DNA of 60,123 bases, the filler included. It is 4 parts of 4 records of this genome, joined end to end, with 100 filler letters (N's around TTAATTAATTAA, not from the genome) between each part and the next. Parts side by side here need not be neighbours in the genome. Positions count along the whole stretch, not along the records: positions 24,899 to 54,283 come from DRR723986_9326; 3 more parts are not named here. One strand, given 5' to 3'. Below, one piece after another: positions 30,901 to 40,076 of this stretch. The stretch's first letter is position 1; every line of letters begins with the position of its first letter. The translations under genes and the position numbers were made by a program. A model generated the notes under the pieces. The model saw only the letters and a program-made list of their open reading frames with translations, had not been told where the DNA came from and made no database searches.

Positions 30901-33900
30901 TAACTGGAACATCCTTTGAAGCAACCTCTGCCAGCTTAACATATCTCAGCGCTACGGGGGCAACGTTGGGAAGCAGCAACATCCCTTTGTTTGTCTCGTC
31001 GGCCACGTCTTTTGTGGCCAACCTTCCAGGCGGAGCACTCGCAACCGCCGGGACTTTAACCCTAAGTGTTAATACGGCGGGCGGATCAACTTCGGCCGCC
31101 TTCACAGTCACAAACGATCAGCCGTCGATTGCAGCCGTAGATCCTACAGCGACATTCCCCGAAGACGGTTCAACAACGATTAGTTTGACAATCGGTGATG
31201 TCTGGCCGGGACTTACCGGCCTCGCGATTATTCCACCCAATGTGGCAGGAAGTTCAATTGCGAGTATTACACAGCTCGGCGCGACCATGGCCACGACGCA
31301 GTTCCAAATTGTTGGCGCTACCAATGCCAATGGTCTTGTGCCATTAACATTTACCGTCGATGATGGGTCCCTGCAATCAACCACGACCATTAATGTTAAC
31401 ATCACCTCCATTCCCGACTCCCCTACACTTGCGCCACTTGCAAAAATAACGCTGTGGCAAAATGGTGTCAGCGGCGCTAATTTACTCATCGGCGATGTTG
31501 ACACGCCGCTTTTCGCTGTGACAGTCACGGCAACCTCGGCCAACCAGGCCCTGATACGTGACGGAAATATTGTGCTGGGCATAACCGGTGCAACTACCTC
31601 GCTGAATTTTGAATCTGAGTGTGACGTTGCCGGCGACACACAGATTTTTGTGACAGTCTCCGATGGCCTGGGTGCGACCAGCCAAACAATAGACGTGTGC
31701 ATCAATCCGAGCAGTGAAGCGCCGATCAACGGCTCAACGACTGCCTGCACAGGCAGCCTGAGCGACTACAATGCCCTGCCCGCAACGACGGGTGCCACAC
31801 TGCAATGGACTGCTGAGGGCGGTACAATTGTCAGCGGACAGAACAGCAGCCAAGTAGAAATCCTGTGGCAAAACAGCAGTTCACAGAGCCTGACTCTTCT
31901 GCGTAGTTATCCCAATGGCTGCACGAGCAGCAGCATCTTAAACCTGACGCTTTCCGTAGTGCAGGCGCAAAGCGACTTTGCGGCCATGATGCAGGCGAGC
32001 AGCGTTACCCTGGCAGTTCTGAATAACGATCAGGGTACTGGCCTCTCCCTTAGCGCTCTCAGCAATCCTGACAATGGTTCTGCCAGCTTTAGCGGCGGAA
32101 TTGTGACGTACACTCCCGACACGGGCTTTGCGGGACTCGAAACATTCGAATACACAGTTGAAAATATTAACGGTTGCTCGGCGACCGGTGCAATTCTGGT
32201 TGCAGTACCCGAAGCCGCCGCACGTGTTAACCTGGAACTCGTGGACCAATATGTTAATCGCAGCGGCGCGATTCGCGGGCTCAACGGTGCCAATGCTGCG
32301 GCTACCAGCCCCGACGGCAAACACGTCTACATCGCAGGATACGCTGATCATTCAATCGCCGTCTTTGAGCGCGACAGCGCCGACGGCAGCCTGACCTACC
32401 AGTCGCGGGTGCGCAATCGTGCCGGTGGTGTTACCGGACTTAAATACGTGCATGACGTCAAACTCAGTCCCGACGGACGCTGGCTCTTTGCTGTCGGCTA
32501 TGGCGACAATGCGCTCGTGGTATTTGCGCGCAACGCAAGCACCGGAGCGCTGACCTTCCTGGACAAACGCAGACATGGACAAACCGACGCCGGTGGAACA
32601 ATTTCAGGACTTAAACGCCCACGTGCTTTGGCGATCAGTCCCGATGCCTCCAGCATCTATGTAGCGGCGGACGCAATTAACGCACTCGGTGTTTTTTCGT
32701 TTAACAATCTCACCGGACAGCTGCAGTGGGTTGAACGCCAGAGAGATGGCGCTGCCGGAGTCGACGGGCTGCGCCGCGCGCTCGACGTCACCGTCAGCCC
32801 CGACGGCAAACACGTGTACGCAGCAGGTTATGGTGAACACGAAGTTTCAATGTTCAGTCGAGATGTTAGCACCGGAGAGTTAAGTTATCTGGGCGTCATG
32901 CGTGACGGCTTCAACGGTGTTGACGGCCTGCGAGGAGTGGCTGCACTCTCGCTCAGCCCTGCAGGCGATAACTTGTATGCCGCCGGCCTCATCGATGACG
33001 CCGTGGCTGTCTTTTATCGCGACCAGACATCCGGCCTCCTGACTTTTGTAGAACGGTTTAAAGATGGCCAAAACGGCGTGGACGGGTTAAATGGTGCGCG
33101 CGACGTGGCGGTTGCAGGCGGCGCACGCCAGGTATGGGCCGTTGGAGCCGTTGACAAAGCCGCCGTGCTGTTCACACGTGCAGACGACGGAACATTAACA
33201 TTTGCGGACAAACTAAGCACACAGGTTGGAGATGCGCGCGGCCTGGGTCTCAGTGCCGACAGCAAATACGGCTACAGCGCCGCCAATGGCGCGGATGCAG
33301 CCACGGCCATCTTCCGCAACCGTCAACCGGAAGCCGCTGATGATAGCGGACTGAACGTTGTTAAGAACTCCACGCTCGTCATTAACGTGCTCGACAATGA
33401 CAGCGATGCAGATAATCACGTCCTGACTGTCAGCAGTAAAACCAATGGTGCTCTTGGCACAGTAGGCATTACGGGCGGCGGAACAACCGTAACCTACAAT
33501 GCCGGAGCTGCGCCGGGTGCTGACCAGTTCAGCTACACGATTGAGGACGGGCACGGCGGTAGTTCTACGGCAACGGTTAACATAACAGTCAACAACGCCA
33601 AGTCTTCGATCGCACCAGGCGCACAAGCGCAAAACGCGCAGACCAATGCCTTTGATGTCAAAGTCAGCCCCAATCCACTGCGCGATCGGATGACGATTGA
33701 GTGTCAATTAGATCAGGCTGCGAGTCTTGAGATTGTCTTAATCGACATGCGCGGCGCGGAAATCGCGGCACTTTCTGCCGGTGACTTCGCTGTCGGAAGA
33801 CATTCCATTGACTGGAATTTGGCTGATCGTGGACTGGCTGCCGGAGCATATACGCTGTTGCTGCGCGCATCGACTGGAGACTCAGCGGTTCAAGCGCTCG

Positions 33901-33932
33901 AAGCTTCGATTGCTGTGCGGATTGTCGATTAA
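27981..33932 (+). CDS. Giant T9SS-secreted adhesin-like protein: (Ig-like + FG-GAP propeller) x2, IPT/cadherin-like/Ig domains, lactonase-type propeller, T9SS CTD
   Basis: ~14 GDxDGDGDLD FG-GAP/VCBS repeats in two blocks, each preceded by an SbsA/Big_5-like domain; SPDGKHVY propeller repeats; Big_9-like VLxND domains; VSPNP...LIDMRG...LAAGAY CTD; start set to ATG 27981. Confidence 0.9.
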   Translation: MQRLRTHSIPAALKRFRKDARRLRRLQNRGDGTAATRQKVSFLSKRLEQLRRIINPLANARTAAMLTAIMSAATATALAQPKVTALSPATNASQVLRSANVNITFSEAMNAASIDADNILIFGSQSGYRSTRASFSGNPALAIDPDDSFFPNELISVTVTNAQSAGLIQIDRALVYEFRARSQGGTGTFSEQSISGSGSGVGVGDFNSDGHLDLFMGQGTSGGSRIHLNNGDATFQVSTFGSGYVKFSACGDIDADGDLDVITATNNGYPNEIWLNNGDGTFTISTHGSGGESNGVDLGDLDGDGDLDAIFANYGTLSDVWLNNGDGTFNTANLGVVRDFRAVTFGDIDQDGDLDAFVVSRNSSESEVWLNNGDATFARNTIAINAHAALAYDIDEDGNLDIITGNLFDDGSILLGNGDGTFQAPSVFYTDGIYNLDVGDLDGDGDLDIVAASNSENLRFFNNGDETFTSASETTSNHRRILLGDVDGDADLDIIAGTANSTSRVYFNNDAPTAFPQTPDFNAENVNLDANIQIGFNQAMDTGTLTVSPFPTASIRVFASERGQISTNAGISFSNGNQRATLNPLNNFRAGELISVSVTSAITDANGIQATSGTVYQFRATSAIAAATFNSLNTISGSTFGVSLGDLNNDGHLDALLSFFSASPAILLGNGDGTFSNSTFGPSLQTDGNALGDLDGDGDLDAVIGRVAAARDIWLNNGDGTFTSSAFDSGNNVSKVAIGDMDGDGDLDVVFAGSGSSRERLWLNNGDATFASSTFGDAQNSQDLFIGDVDNDGDLDVIVGNYGTESINLNNGDATFVRTSFGSGNTLGMDGGDFNADGNLDVVFARNGSSSYIWLGNGDGTFASSTLGPSGSRDAVVGDLDGDGDEDIVMFRNGAEEVWLNDGNANFVSSSFGGGGSIAGAIGDIDGDGDLDVYAGNFLNEVDNVWLNLPIAPTITNLNPNTTSATLAPLAVTVTGTSFEATSASLTYLSATGATLGSSNIPLFVSSATSFVANLPGGALATAGTLTLSVNTAGGSTSAAFTVTNDQPSIAAVDPTATFPEDGSTTISLTIGDVWPGLTGLAIIPPNVAGSSIASITQLGATMATTQFQIVGATNANGLVPLTFTVDDGSLQSTTTINVNITSIPDSPTLAPLAKITLWQNGVSGANLLIGDVDTPLFAVTVTATSANQALIRDGNIVLGITGATTSLNFESECDVAGDTQIFVTVSDGLGATSQTIDVCINPSSEAPINGSTTACTGSLSDYNALPATTGATLQWTAEGGTIVSGQNSSQVEILWQNSSSQSLTLLRSYPNGCTSSSILNLTLSVVQAQSDFAAMMQASSVTLAVLNNDQGTGLSLSALSNPDNGSASFSGGIVTYTPDTGFAGLETFEYTVENINGCSATGAILVAVPEAAARVNLELVDQYVNRSGAIRGLNGANAAATSPDGKHVYIAGYADHSIAVFERDSADGSLTYQSRVRNRAGGVTGLKYVHDVKLSPDGRWLFAVGYGDNALVVFARNASTGALTFLDKRRHGQTDAGGTISGLKRPRALAISPDASSIYVAADAINALGVFSFNNLTGQLQWVERQRDGAAGVDGLRRALDVTVSPDGKHVYAAGYGEHEVSMFSRDVSTGELSYLGVMRDGFNGVDGLRGVAALSLSPAGDNLYAAGLIDDAVAVFYRDQTSGLLTFVERFKDGQNGVDGLNGARDVAVAGGARQVWAVGAVDKAAVLFTRADDGTLTFADKLSTQVGDARGLGLSADSKYGYSAANGADAATAIFRNRQPEAADDSGLNVVKNSTLVINVLDNDSDADNHVLTVSSKTNGALGTVGITGGGTTVTYNAGAAPGADQFSYTIEDGHGGSSTATVNITVNNAKSSIAPGAQAQNAQTNAFDVKVSPNPLRDRMTIECQLDQAASLEIVLIDMRGAEIAALSAGDFAVGRHSIDWNLADRGLAAGAYTLLLRASTGDSAVQALEASIAVRIVD

Positions 33933-33974
33933 TGTGAGTTGATCTGACTCAATCAACTCAGCAGATAATTTGAT

Positions 33975-34021
33975 AACGCCGTAGAGACGAGGCCTTCCTC
34001 GTCTCTACGGCGTTTCTTTTT
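33975..34021 (+). terminator. Perfect 18-bp stem with T-tail; GTAGAGACG-type REP-like palindrome
   Basis: AACGCCGTAGAGACGAGG-CCTT-CCTCGTCTCTACGGCGTT followed by TCTTTTT. Confidence 0.85.
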
Positions 34022-34033
34022 GCACAAAGTTTA

Positions 34034-34081
34034 TTTGTAACTGATTGGCTACGCATCTATATTTGTAACCATTCAGTTACA
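34034..34081 (+). promoter_or_regulatory. Bacteroidota-type sigmaA promoter overlapped by two palindromic operators (probable ArsR-family sites)
   Basis: TTTG (34034) - 20 nt - TATATTTG (34058); TGTAACTGATTGGCTACG (34036-34053) and TGTAACCATTCAGTTACA (34064-34081), 15/18 identical as an inverted pair. Confidence 0.7.
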
Positions 34082-34153
34082 CTTTAAACTGCTGAGCTTT
34101 TACCAGGGTGACTGGAATCACAATTCTGACAACGGCATTCGAGGAGCAGAATC

Positions 34154-34363
34154 ATGGGCCTTTCCCCTGACGAGATGCAATCTGCGATTGTTAAAAATCT
34201 CAAATCAAAGACCGGCAAATCTCTGGAAGAATGGCTGGAAGTTTTGCGCCTGCAACAGCTTAAAGACAAAAAAAGTATGATGCACTACCTCAAAGAGCAG
34301 CAGCAGGTCGGCCACTTTCAGGCGCAAACGATAATTAAACACTTCCAGGCCTCAAACACCTGA
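34154..34363 (+). CDS. DUF4287-like small protein
   Basis: NLKSKTGKSLEEW...LKEQQQVGHFQAQTI pattern; GAGGAG RBS. Confidence 0.75.
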   Translation: MGLSPDEMQSAIVKNLKSKTGKSLEEWLEVLRLQQLKDKKSMMHYLKEQQQVGHFQAQTIIKHFQASNT

Positions 34364-34388
34364 CCGTTTAACAATCAGCAAACGTGAT

Positions 34389-34868
34389 ATGAAAACAGCA
34401 CCCAAGCGCGAGATTATACTCAGCAAGTATTACGACTTCCCCATCGATGCTGTATGGGAATCCTTAACGAACAAAAACGAACTCTCCAGCTGGTTAATGC
34501 CAACGGATGACTTTGAGGCAGAAGTCGGGCATGAGTTCCACTTCCGTAGCAAAGCGCGCCCCGGCTTTGATGGAATTGTTCAATGTGTGGTGCTGGATAT
34601 TGCCCCACCCCATAAGCTTGTTTACAGCTGGCAGGGTGGCCCAATGAAAAAGCCCACAACCGTTGTCTGGACCTTAATGCAGGAAGGCACCGGAACAATG
34701 TTAAGTCTGGAGCATTTTGGCTTTCACGGCATCGGTGGTGCATTTGTAAAATTGATGCTCAAAAGCGGCTGGAAAACTCTGCTGAAGACTCAACTCAAGC
34801 AACATTTGGAGCAACCCAGGGAGCAACCCAGAGAGCAGCCCAGGGAGCAGCCCAGGGAGCAGCAATGA
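34389..34868 (+). CDS. SRPBCC/AHSA1-like domain protein
   Basis: PIDAVWESLT...LSSWLMPTDDFEAEVGHEFHF, PPHKLVYSW, GTMLSLEH.GF, GW. Confidence 0.88.
   Translation: MKTAPKREIILSKYYDFPIDAVWESLTNKNELSSWLMPTDDFEAEVGHEFHFRSKARPGFDGIVQCVVLDIAPPHKLVYSWQGGPMKKPTTVVWTLMQEGTGTMLSLEHFGFHGIGGAFVKLMLKSGWKTLLKTQLKQHLEQPREQPREQPREQPREQQ
34809..34862 (+). repeat. 12-bp in-frame tandem repeat (4.5 units, EQPR)
   Basis: GAGCA(A/G)CCCAG(G/A) x4 + GAGCAG at the 3' end of the SRPBCC gene. Confidence 0.9.
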
Positions 34869-35179
34869 GACGCGATCCATTCCAGGCCATAGCCGATCCC
34901 ACCAGACGAGAAATCATTGACATTCTGGTTGAGAAGCCGCTTACACTCAACACGATCGCGCAACAATTCAGTATCAGCCGACCGGCAATCTCAAAACATG
35001 TTAAAATACTTGAGGAATCCGGTGTTGTCAGCATTCGCAAGGCTGGGCGCGAGCGATTTTGTCACGTCGAATTTGAGGTGTTAAAAGAAGTTGCTGACTG
35101 GATCAATACGTATGAGCAGTTCTGGATCGGAAAAATGGATGATCTGGAAACACATCTTAAGAATCGGCAAAAAACCTAA
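34865..35179 (+). CDS. ArsR/SmtB family transcriptional regulator
   Basis: FQAIADPTRREII, ISRPAISKHVKILEESGVV, GRER; ATGA overlap with the SRPBCC gene. Confidence 0.93.
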   Translation: MRRDPFQAIADPTRREIIDILVEKPLTLNTIAQQFSISRPAISKHVKILEESGVVSIRKAGRERFCHVEFEVLKEVADWINTYEQFWIGKMDDLETHLKNRQKT

Positions 35180-35227
35180 AAAGTCAAAGTGCAGCACCCT
35201 GCCAGATTTCCACCCATTTTCAGTGGC

Positions 35228-35259
35228 TTTGGCCAATTTTGATGCGAGCCTTATATTTG
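35228..35259 (+). promoter_or_regulatory. Bacteroidota-type sigmaA promoter
   Basis: TTTG (35228) - 20 nt - TATATTTG (35252), 55 nt before ATG 35314. Confidence 0.6.
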
Positions 35260-35313
35260 CGTCAAATAGAGCGTGCACGCCGATTCCCCCACAAAAGAGA
35301 CACCCGAATTACT

Positions 35314-35853
35314 ATGCCAAAACTCGTGTATTACGTCGCCACTTCACTCGATGGATATATTGCCGGGAACAACGAAGACATCAGCAACTTCATCTTTGAG
35401 GGCGCCGGAGTTCAAAAGTATCAGGCCGATTTGCAAAACTTCAGCACCGTGATCATGGGCCGCAAAACCTATGAATTTGGCTACAGATTTGGGCTGCAGC
35501 CCGGTCAGCCTGCATATCCGCACATGCAGCATCATATCTTTTCGAACTCAATGCAGCTAGATAATCTGGCTGAGAATGTCCACATAGAACAACGCTCTCT
35601 TGAGCGCATTCGCGAAATCGCCGCACAGTCAGCGACGGATGTGTACGTTTGCGGCGGCGGTGAATTTGCTGGTTGGCTGCTCGATAATGGATTGATTGAC
35701 CGGCTCGTTCTCAAACTCAACCCTGTTGTATTAGGCGATGGGACGCCACTGTTTGGCGCCTCTGATGCTGTTGTAAAGTGGAAACTTATTGGAAATGAAG
35801 TATTTGACGACGGCATGCAGATTCTTACATACGATCGTCTCATGTCGGCCTAG
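35314..35853 (+). CDS. Dihydrofolate reductase / RibD C-terminal family protein
   Basis: YVATSLDGYIA, MGRKTYE, VCGGG, LIDRL..KLNPVVLGDGTPLF; start set to ATG 35314. Confidence 0.9.
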   Translation: MPKLVYYVATSLDGYIAGNNEDISNFIFEGAGVQKYQADLQNFSTVIMGRKTYEFGYRFGLQPGQPAYPHMQHHIFSNSMQLDNLAENVHIEQRSLERIREIAAQSATDVYVCGGGEFAGWLLDNGLIDRLVLKLNPVVLGDGTPLFGASDAVVKWKLIGNEVFDDGMQILTYDRLMSA

Positions 35854-36127
35854 CGACCTGCGCAACTTAACATTCTGAATCCAAGGGCCGGCTATTGGCC
35901 TTAACAAAACGACACTCAATCTCTAATGGTTCTGAACTCAGACCATCCCTGCATCGAAAGCTACCAGCCACCGATTAATATAGGCCAATAGAACAGTGGC
36001 GATTTCAAGCTGACCTGCGATTTATGTATTTTGCAGGCAATCAAGAGTGCCAGAAAATCCAGCATTACAGCCAATAATGCAATCAAGTCTGTTTGAGGTC
36101 AGATTTAACTTATTGAGAACTTCTCAT

Positions 36128-38878
36128 ATGCGCTTAAATATTGCCGTATTCCTTGCATGTGCACTTATATGTACACTTGTATCTACACATACGTCCAACT
36201 CCCAAGACGCCGATTCACAGTCCATGCTCCCCTACCAGGCCAACGGGAAGTGGGGCTTTCAAAACTCTGTCGGCACGATCCTTGTCCAGGCACGCTATGA
36301 CACTGTATTTGCCGGCCGCAATGGAATTGCAGGTGTTGCAAACTTCACAGACTCCTGTGCCCATTCATCATATAGCAAGCGTCCATGTTTACTGTATGGC
36401 CTGGTTGACATCTCTGACCGCGAAATCTTTCCACCAATATCAGATAGTCGTATCAGGTTTGACGGTCAATACGCGTTCGTACAGACCGGTTCAGGTTTTG
36501 GACTGATTGACAGGAACGGCGAGTTACTTATTGATACCGCTTACAACGTAATCAAACCAATGGCACTGCCGGGAATCTTTGAAATTCAAGGCGCTCGCAG
36601 TAGAATCGGTTGTTATAATGTTAAGGCCAGAAAAGTTATTGTCCCTGTCAATTACTCCGAAGTCCGACCGCTTGGAACGGGCTTGGTGTTAACGACACAG
36701 TCGCTCGGAAAAAATGTAAAGAATTACAATCTATACAAACTTGATGGTCAGTTGCTCAATGAACGGCCACAACATTCAATTGACTCACTGGGCTTTGATC
36801 GATTTGTTACGACGCGCTGGGGCGACTGGGTCAGCGTCGACTTGCAGGGTAATACTTATGCGCTTTCACGATGGGACGATCCTGACTGGATCAGCTTTGG
36901 TGACGTACACTATCCGCAGAAACCAAAGTTTAAAAATGGATTTGCACCGTTCCGCAGTAAAAGCGGCAACGGATTCATGAACGTCAAAGGACAGGTAGTT
37001 CAGGAACCGGAAAAGCCGGAATCACTTGGTGAAGTCATTTTTAACGAAATGTTTCCCGATCAGGAGTATATCACCTGGCCGGATGCACAAACTGAGGCAC
37101 GCCTGGCTGAAAAGGTGGATGAAATCGACGGTTTCAGTGAAGGCTGGTCCGGCTTTTGGCGTGATGACAAATATGGCCTGATCAACCTGGACGGCAAGGA
37201 ACTGTTTTTTGGAAAATTTGATGACTTCACGCCGGTTAGTGACGGCTGCGCAATTGCAACAACCATTCAAAGTCACGACCGCGGGTACAAACAATGGACG
37301 CCTGGATATACACATTTTGTGCACCAATATGTCGACACCAATGGGCGCGTCCTGACAGATGCTGACTACGACAATTGTGAGCAGTTTAACAATGGGCGCG
37401 CACTCGTTCGCAAGGATACAAAATACGGTTATATCGATCGGAATGGCAAAGAAGTCATCCCCCGTACATACAGTGAAGCAAAGAGTTTCCGCAACGGTAG
37501 GGCTCGTGTTTACAACAAAAAGTGGGGTGTGATAGACACTAGTGGCAAACAAGTTGTGCCATTTAAGTACACGTTTATCGGTGAGTTCCAGTCGGGTTAT
37601 GCGCCGGCAATGGAAGACAGACTTTGGACATATATTAACTATGAGGGTGAGCGGCTGTTACAGACGCAGTTTAGAGAAGCCAATGCGTTTAAGTATGGCC
37701 TGGGAGTCGTTCGTTTTGTTGCGGATAGCGTTGGATGCATTGACACTCTGGGCAACATCCTGTTCAGTGAAGCCGGCAGTAGTCTCAAAGTTCTGCATCA
37801 CAATCTGTTGGAACTGCAGGGACGCCACTTTGTTCGCAAAGATGGCACGCGCCTTTTTCCGGATCACAGCGGTAACATAAAATGGTTGTTCGATGATTAC
37901 TTTGCAATTGAAACGGCATCGGAAAAGTGGAACATCGTTAACAGCGCGGGTGAGACACAGAGCCCGATGCAATACGAGGCAATTGGGACGCACGCAAACA
38001 ACCTGACAAGTGTTAAACGCACCCGGTGGACCGTTCTGGATAGTAATTTTGATGAGATTAACCCCGCACGCTTCGAGCGCGTCACTATACTTGGCAAGGG
38101 GTTCATGGCGGGACAACTTCCCCCGGAGCGTTCTTTAATCAGCGCTGATGGCCGCAAAATTGTCAATACCAGCGACTATGCTCTGGAGACTTACAAAATT
38201 CGACGACCGCTGATCCAGGTGACAAAAGGTTCCAAACTAGGATTCATGGATACCGCAGGTCATTTTACTATTCCAATTGAATACCAAACAAAGAATCTGC
38301 AACACCACAATCCTGGCGGTCTTAGGCCAAACGGCTTCACATCAAAAGGTTTTGGGTATTTCGTCAAGGATGATATCGGACATATCATCGACACCAACGG
38401 TAAACTTATTCTCTCGGAAAATTTAAGCTATTCTGTTTGTTTAAGCACTGTTGGCGATATTTCAGTACGCTACAAAGATGCGCCACCAGATAAAGCGGGA
38501 TTCCACATTTATAACCCACTCACTCAAACGATTGGCTCTGCGCGACTGAACTACATGAGTTCATACAGCGAAGGTTTGGCTGCAGCCAAATCGGCAGACA
38601 ACGGTTTGACGGGTTTTGTTAACGCTGACGGAGACTTCAAGATCGAGCCGCAGTTTAACAAAGCGAACCGATTTGCGCAGGGGCATGCCGCCGTACTGAT
38701 GGGCAAAAAGTGGGGATTTATCGACAGCAGTGGAACGGTGGTTGTACCTGCAATGTACGATAGAGTGGTTCCTCCCAGCAGAAGCGCAGGTTCAAAATAC
38801 CGCCGTGTAGTCTACAAAGGCAAAGGTGTAGAATGTAATTTCAAGGGCGAAATCCAGCCAGATGAGAAGCGTGATTAA
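36128..38878 (+). CDS. Exported WG-repeat (KWG-like) protein
   Basis: Signal peptide; repeated F..G.A.V....KWG/YG.ID..G...IP..Y units; start set to ATG 36128. Confidence 0.88.
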   Translation: MRLNIAVFLACALICTLVSTHTSNSQDADSQSMLPYQANGKWGFQNSVGTILVQARYDTVFAGRNGIAGVANFTDSCAHSSYSKRPCLLYGLVDISDREIFPPISDSRIRFDGQYAFVQTGSGFGLIDRNGELLIDTAYNVIKPMALPGIFEIQGARSRIGCYNVKARKVIVPVNYSEVRPLGTGLVLTTQSLGKNVKNYNLYKLDGQLLNERPQHSIDSLGFDRFVTTRWGDWVSVDLQGNTYALSRWDDPDWISFGDVHYPQKPKFKNGFAPFRSKSGNGFMNVKGQVVQEPEKPESLGEVIFNEMFPDQEYITWPDAQTEARLAEKVDEIDGFSEGWSGFWRDDKYGLINLDGKELFFGKFDDFTPVSDGCAIATTIQSHDRGYKQWTPGYTHFVHQYVDTNGRVLTDADYDNCEQFNNGRALVRKDTKYGYIDRNGKEVIPRTYSEAKSFRNGRARVYNKKWGVIDTSGKQVVPFKYTFIGEFQSGYAPAMEDRLWTYINYEGERLLQTQFREANAFKYGLGVVRFVADSVGCIDTLGNILFSEAGSSLKVLHHNLLELQGRHFVRKDGTRLFPDHSGNIKWLFDDYFAIETASEKWNIVNSAGETQSPMQYEAIGTHANNLTSVKRTRWTVLDSNFDEINPARFERVTILGKGFMAGQLPPERSLISADGRKIVNTSDYALETYKIRRPLIQVTKGSKLGFMDTAGHFTIPIEYQTKNLQHHNPGGLRPNGFTSKGFGYFVKDDIGHIIDTNGKLILSENLSYSVCLSTVGDISVRYKDAPPDKAGFHIYNPLTQTIGSARLNYMSSYSEGLAAAKSADNGLTGFVNADGDFKIEPQFNKANRFAQGHAAVLMGKKWGFIDSSGTVVVPAMYDRVVPPSRSAGSKYRRVVYKGKGVECNFKGEIQPDEKRD

Positions 38879-39159
38879 CTGCAACACAGCTTTTAAGAAT
38901 GAGAAAAGCAGGCGAATGTCCGCTAATGATTCAGTTGTTTAATTTGCTTACTCCCGCTCGCAAAAGCATTTTTCTTGAGCTTCTTGTTAGTCAATTAACT
39001 TGAAGTCACGAGGCTCGGTGATGGGCGGGAGCCCAGGTAGTGTTGTTTAATGTTCGAGACTTACATAAATGTGACCTGCAGTTTCAAACCTCTAATTCCG
39101 CAGAGATTGGCGAATCAGTTTAGCATACCAGTTTAGCAAATCAAGGTTCCGTTCAGACT

Positions 39160-40008
39160 CTATCGGTCTACCTCACAATCAACATAGTTACTATCGCGTG
39201 ACTCAGATACCATTACCCCTGCCTGGTAGCGGTTATGCGTACGTATGTACAAACAACGCGGTTCGGAATACTCGCCCGAATCTGCGTCTGCAAGATTTGA
39301 ATCTACTAGCTCAATCAATTCGGCTTGCATCTGGTAACTCAATTGCCGGCGCCCATCGGCTACTTCAAATTTTCTGTGAATGACAACGTGCCCATAGTCG
39401 TTCGTTTCTTGTGTAAATAGTAATTGTGCTTCTCCATCTCTGAATTGATAAGTCGTCTGCCTGCCGGAGCCGTAAAATCCGTTCGTATAGAATGTCAGCA
39501 ACTGTGCAGCTGAATCGATTCGTGGCGGATTGGAATTATAACTCAATTCCAGCGAATAGTTATATACGTCGTGCTCTGGTTCATAGAGCCAGATATGCGC
39601 CGCGGCATTATCGAGAGATCCCCAGCCATCTGCCATCCAGAGCAAATCATCATATCCATCAAAATTAAGGTCATACACCTCCAGGCAGCCGAGTAAGTTT
39701 TGCTCTTCCAGCTCAACTTCAGAATCAAGTGAGGCCTGATAAACCCAGGGTAAACCATCACCCGTGACTGTAATGTTTATGAAGGAATAGTCTGAGAGCT
39801 GGGTCGAATCGACCTGGCAAACCTGTCCCGTCGTGACTGAATTGCCCGCCTGCATGGGATTGCGGTCCACTGCAAGTCTATATTCATACAGACTTTCCAC
39901 CTCCAGCTCAGCACTTTTCAGAGCGGGACGGGACGGCAGTGCGCACAGCCCAAAGACTGAGAAACTCAAGACAACAAAGACTATCATTCGACTCTGCGAG
40001 TTAAACAT
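39160..40008 (-). CDS. Exported XAC2610-like protein
   Basis: Signal peptide; YDLNFDGYDDL Ca-binding-like loop followed by IWLYEP...YNYSLELS and IDSAAQLLT. Confidence 0.6.
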   Translation of the reverse strand: MFNSQSRMIVFVVLSFSVFGLCALPSRPALKSAELEVESLYEYRLAVDRNPMQAGNSVTTGQVCQVDSTQLSDYSFINITVTGDGLPWVYQASLDSEVELEEQNLLGCLEVYDLNFDGYDDLLWMADGWGSLDNAAAHIWLYEPEHDVYNYSLELSYNSNPPRIDSAAQLLTFYTNGFYGSGRQTTYQFRDGEAQLLFTQETNDYGHVVIHRKFEVADGRRQLSYQMQAELIELVDSNLADADSGEYSEPRCLYIRTHNRYQAGVMVSESRDSNYVDCEVDR

Positions 40009-40076
40009 GTTGCTGGGTCTCCGATGCTGCGGTTATACTTATGAATTCACGTCTTCAGCGCGTAAAATGTTGACAT

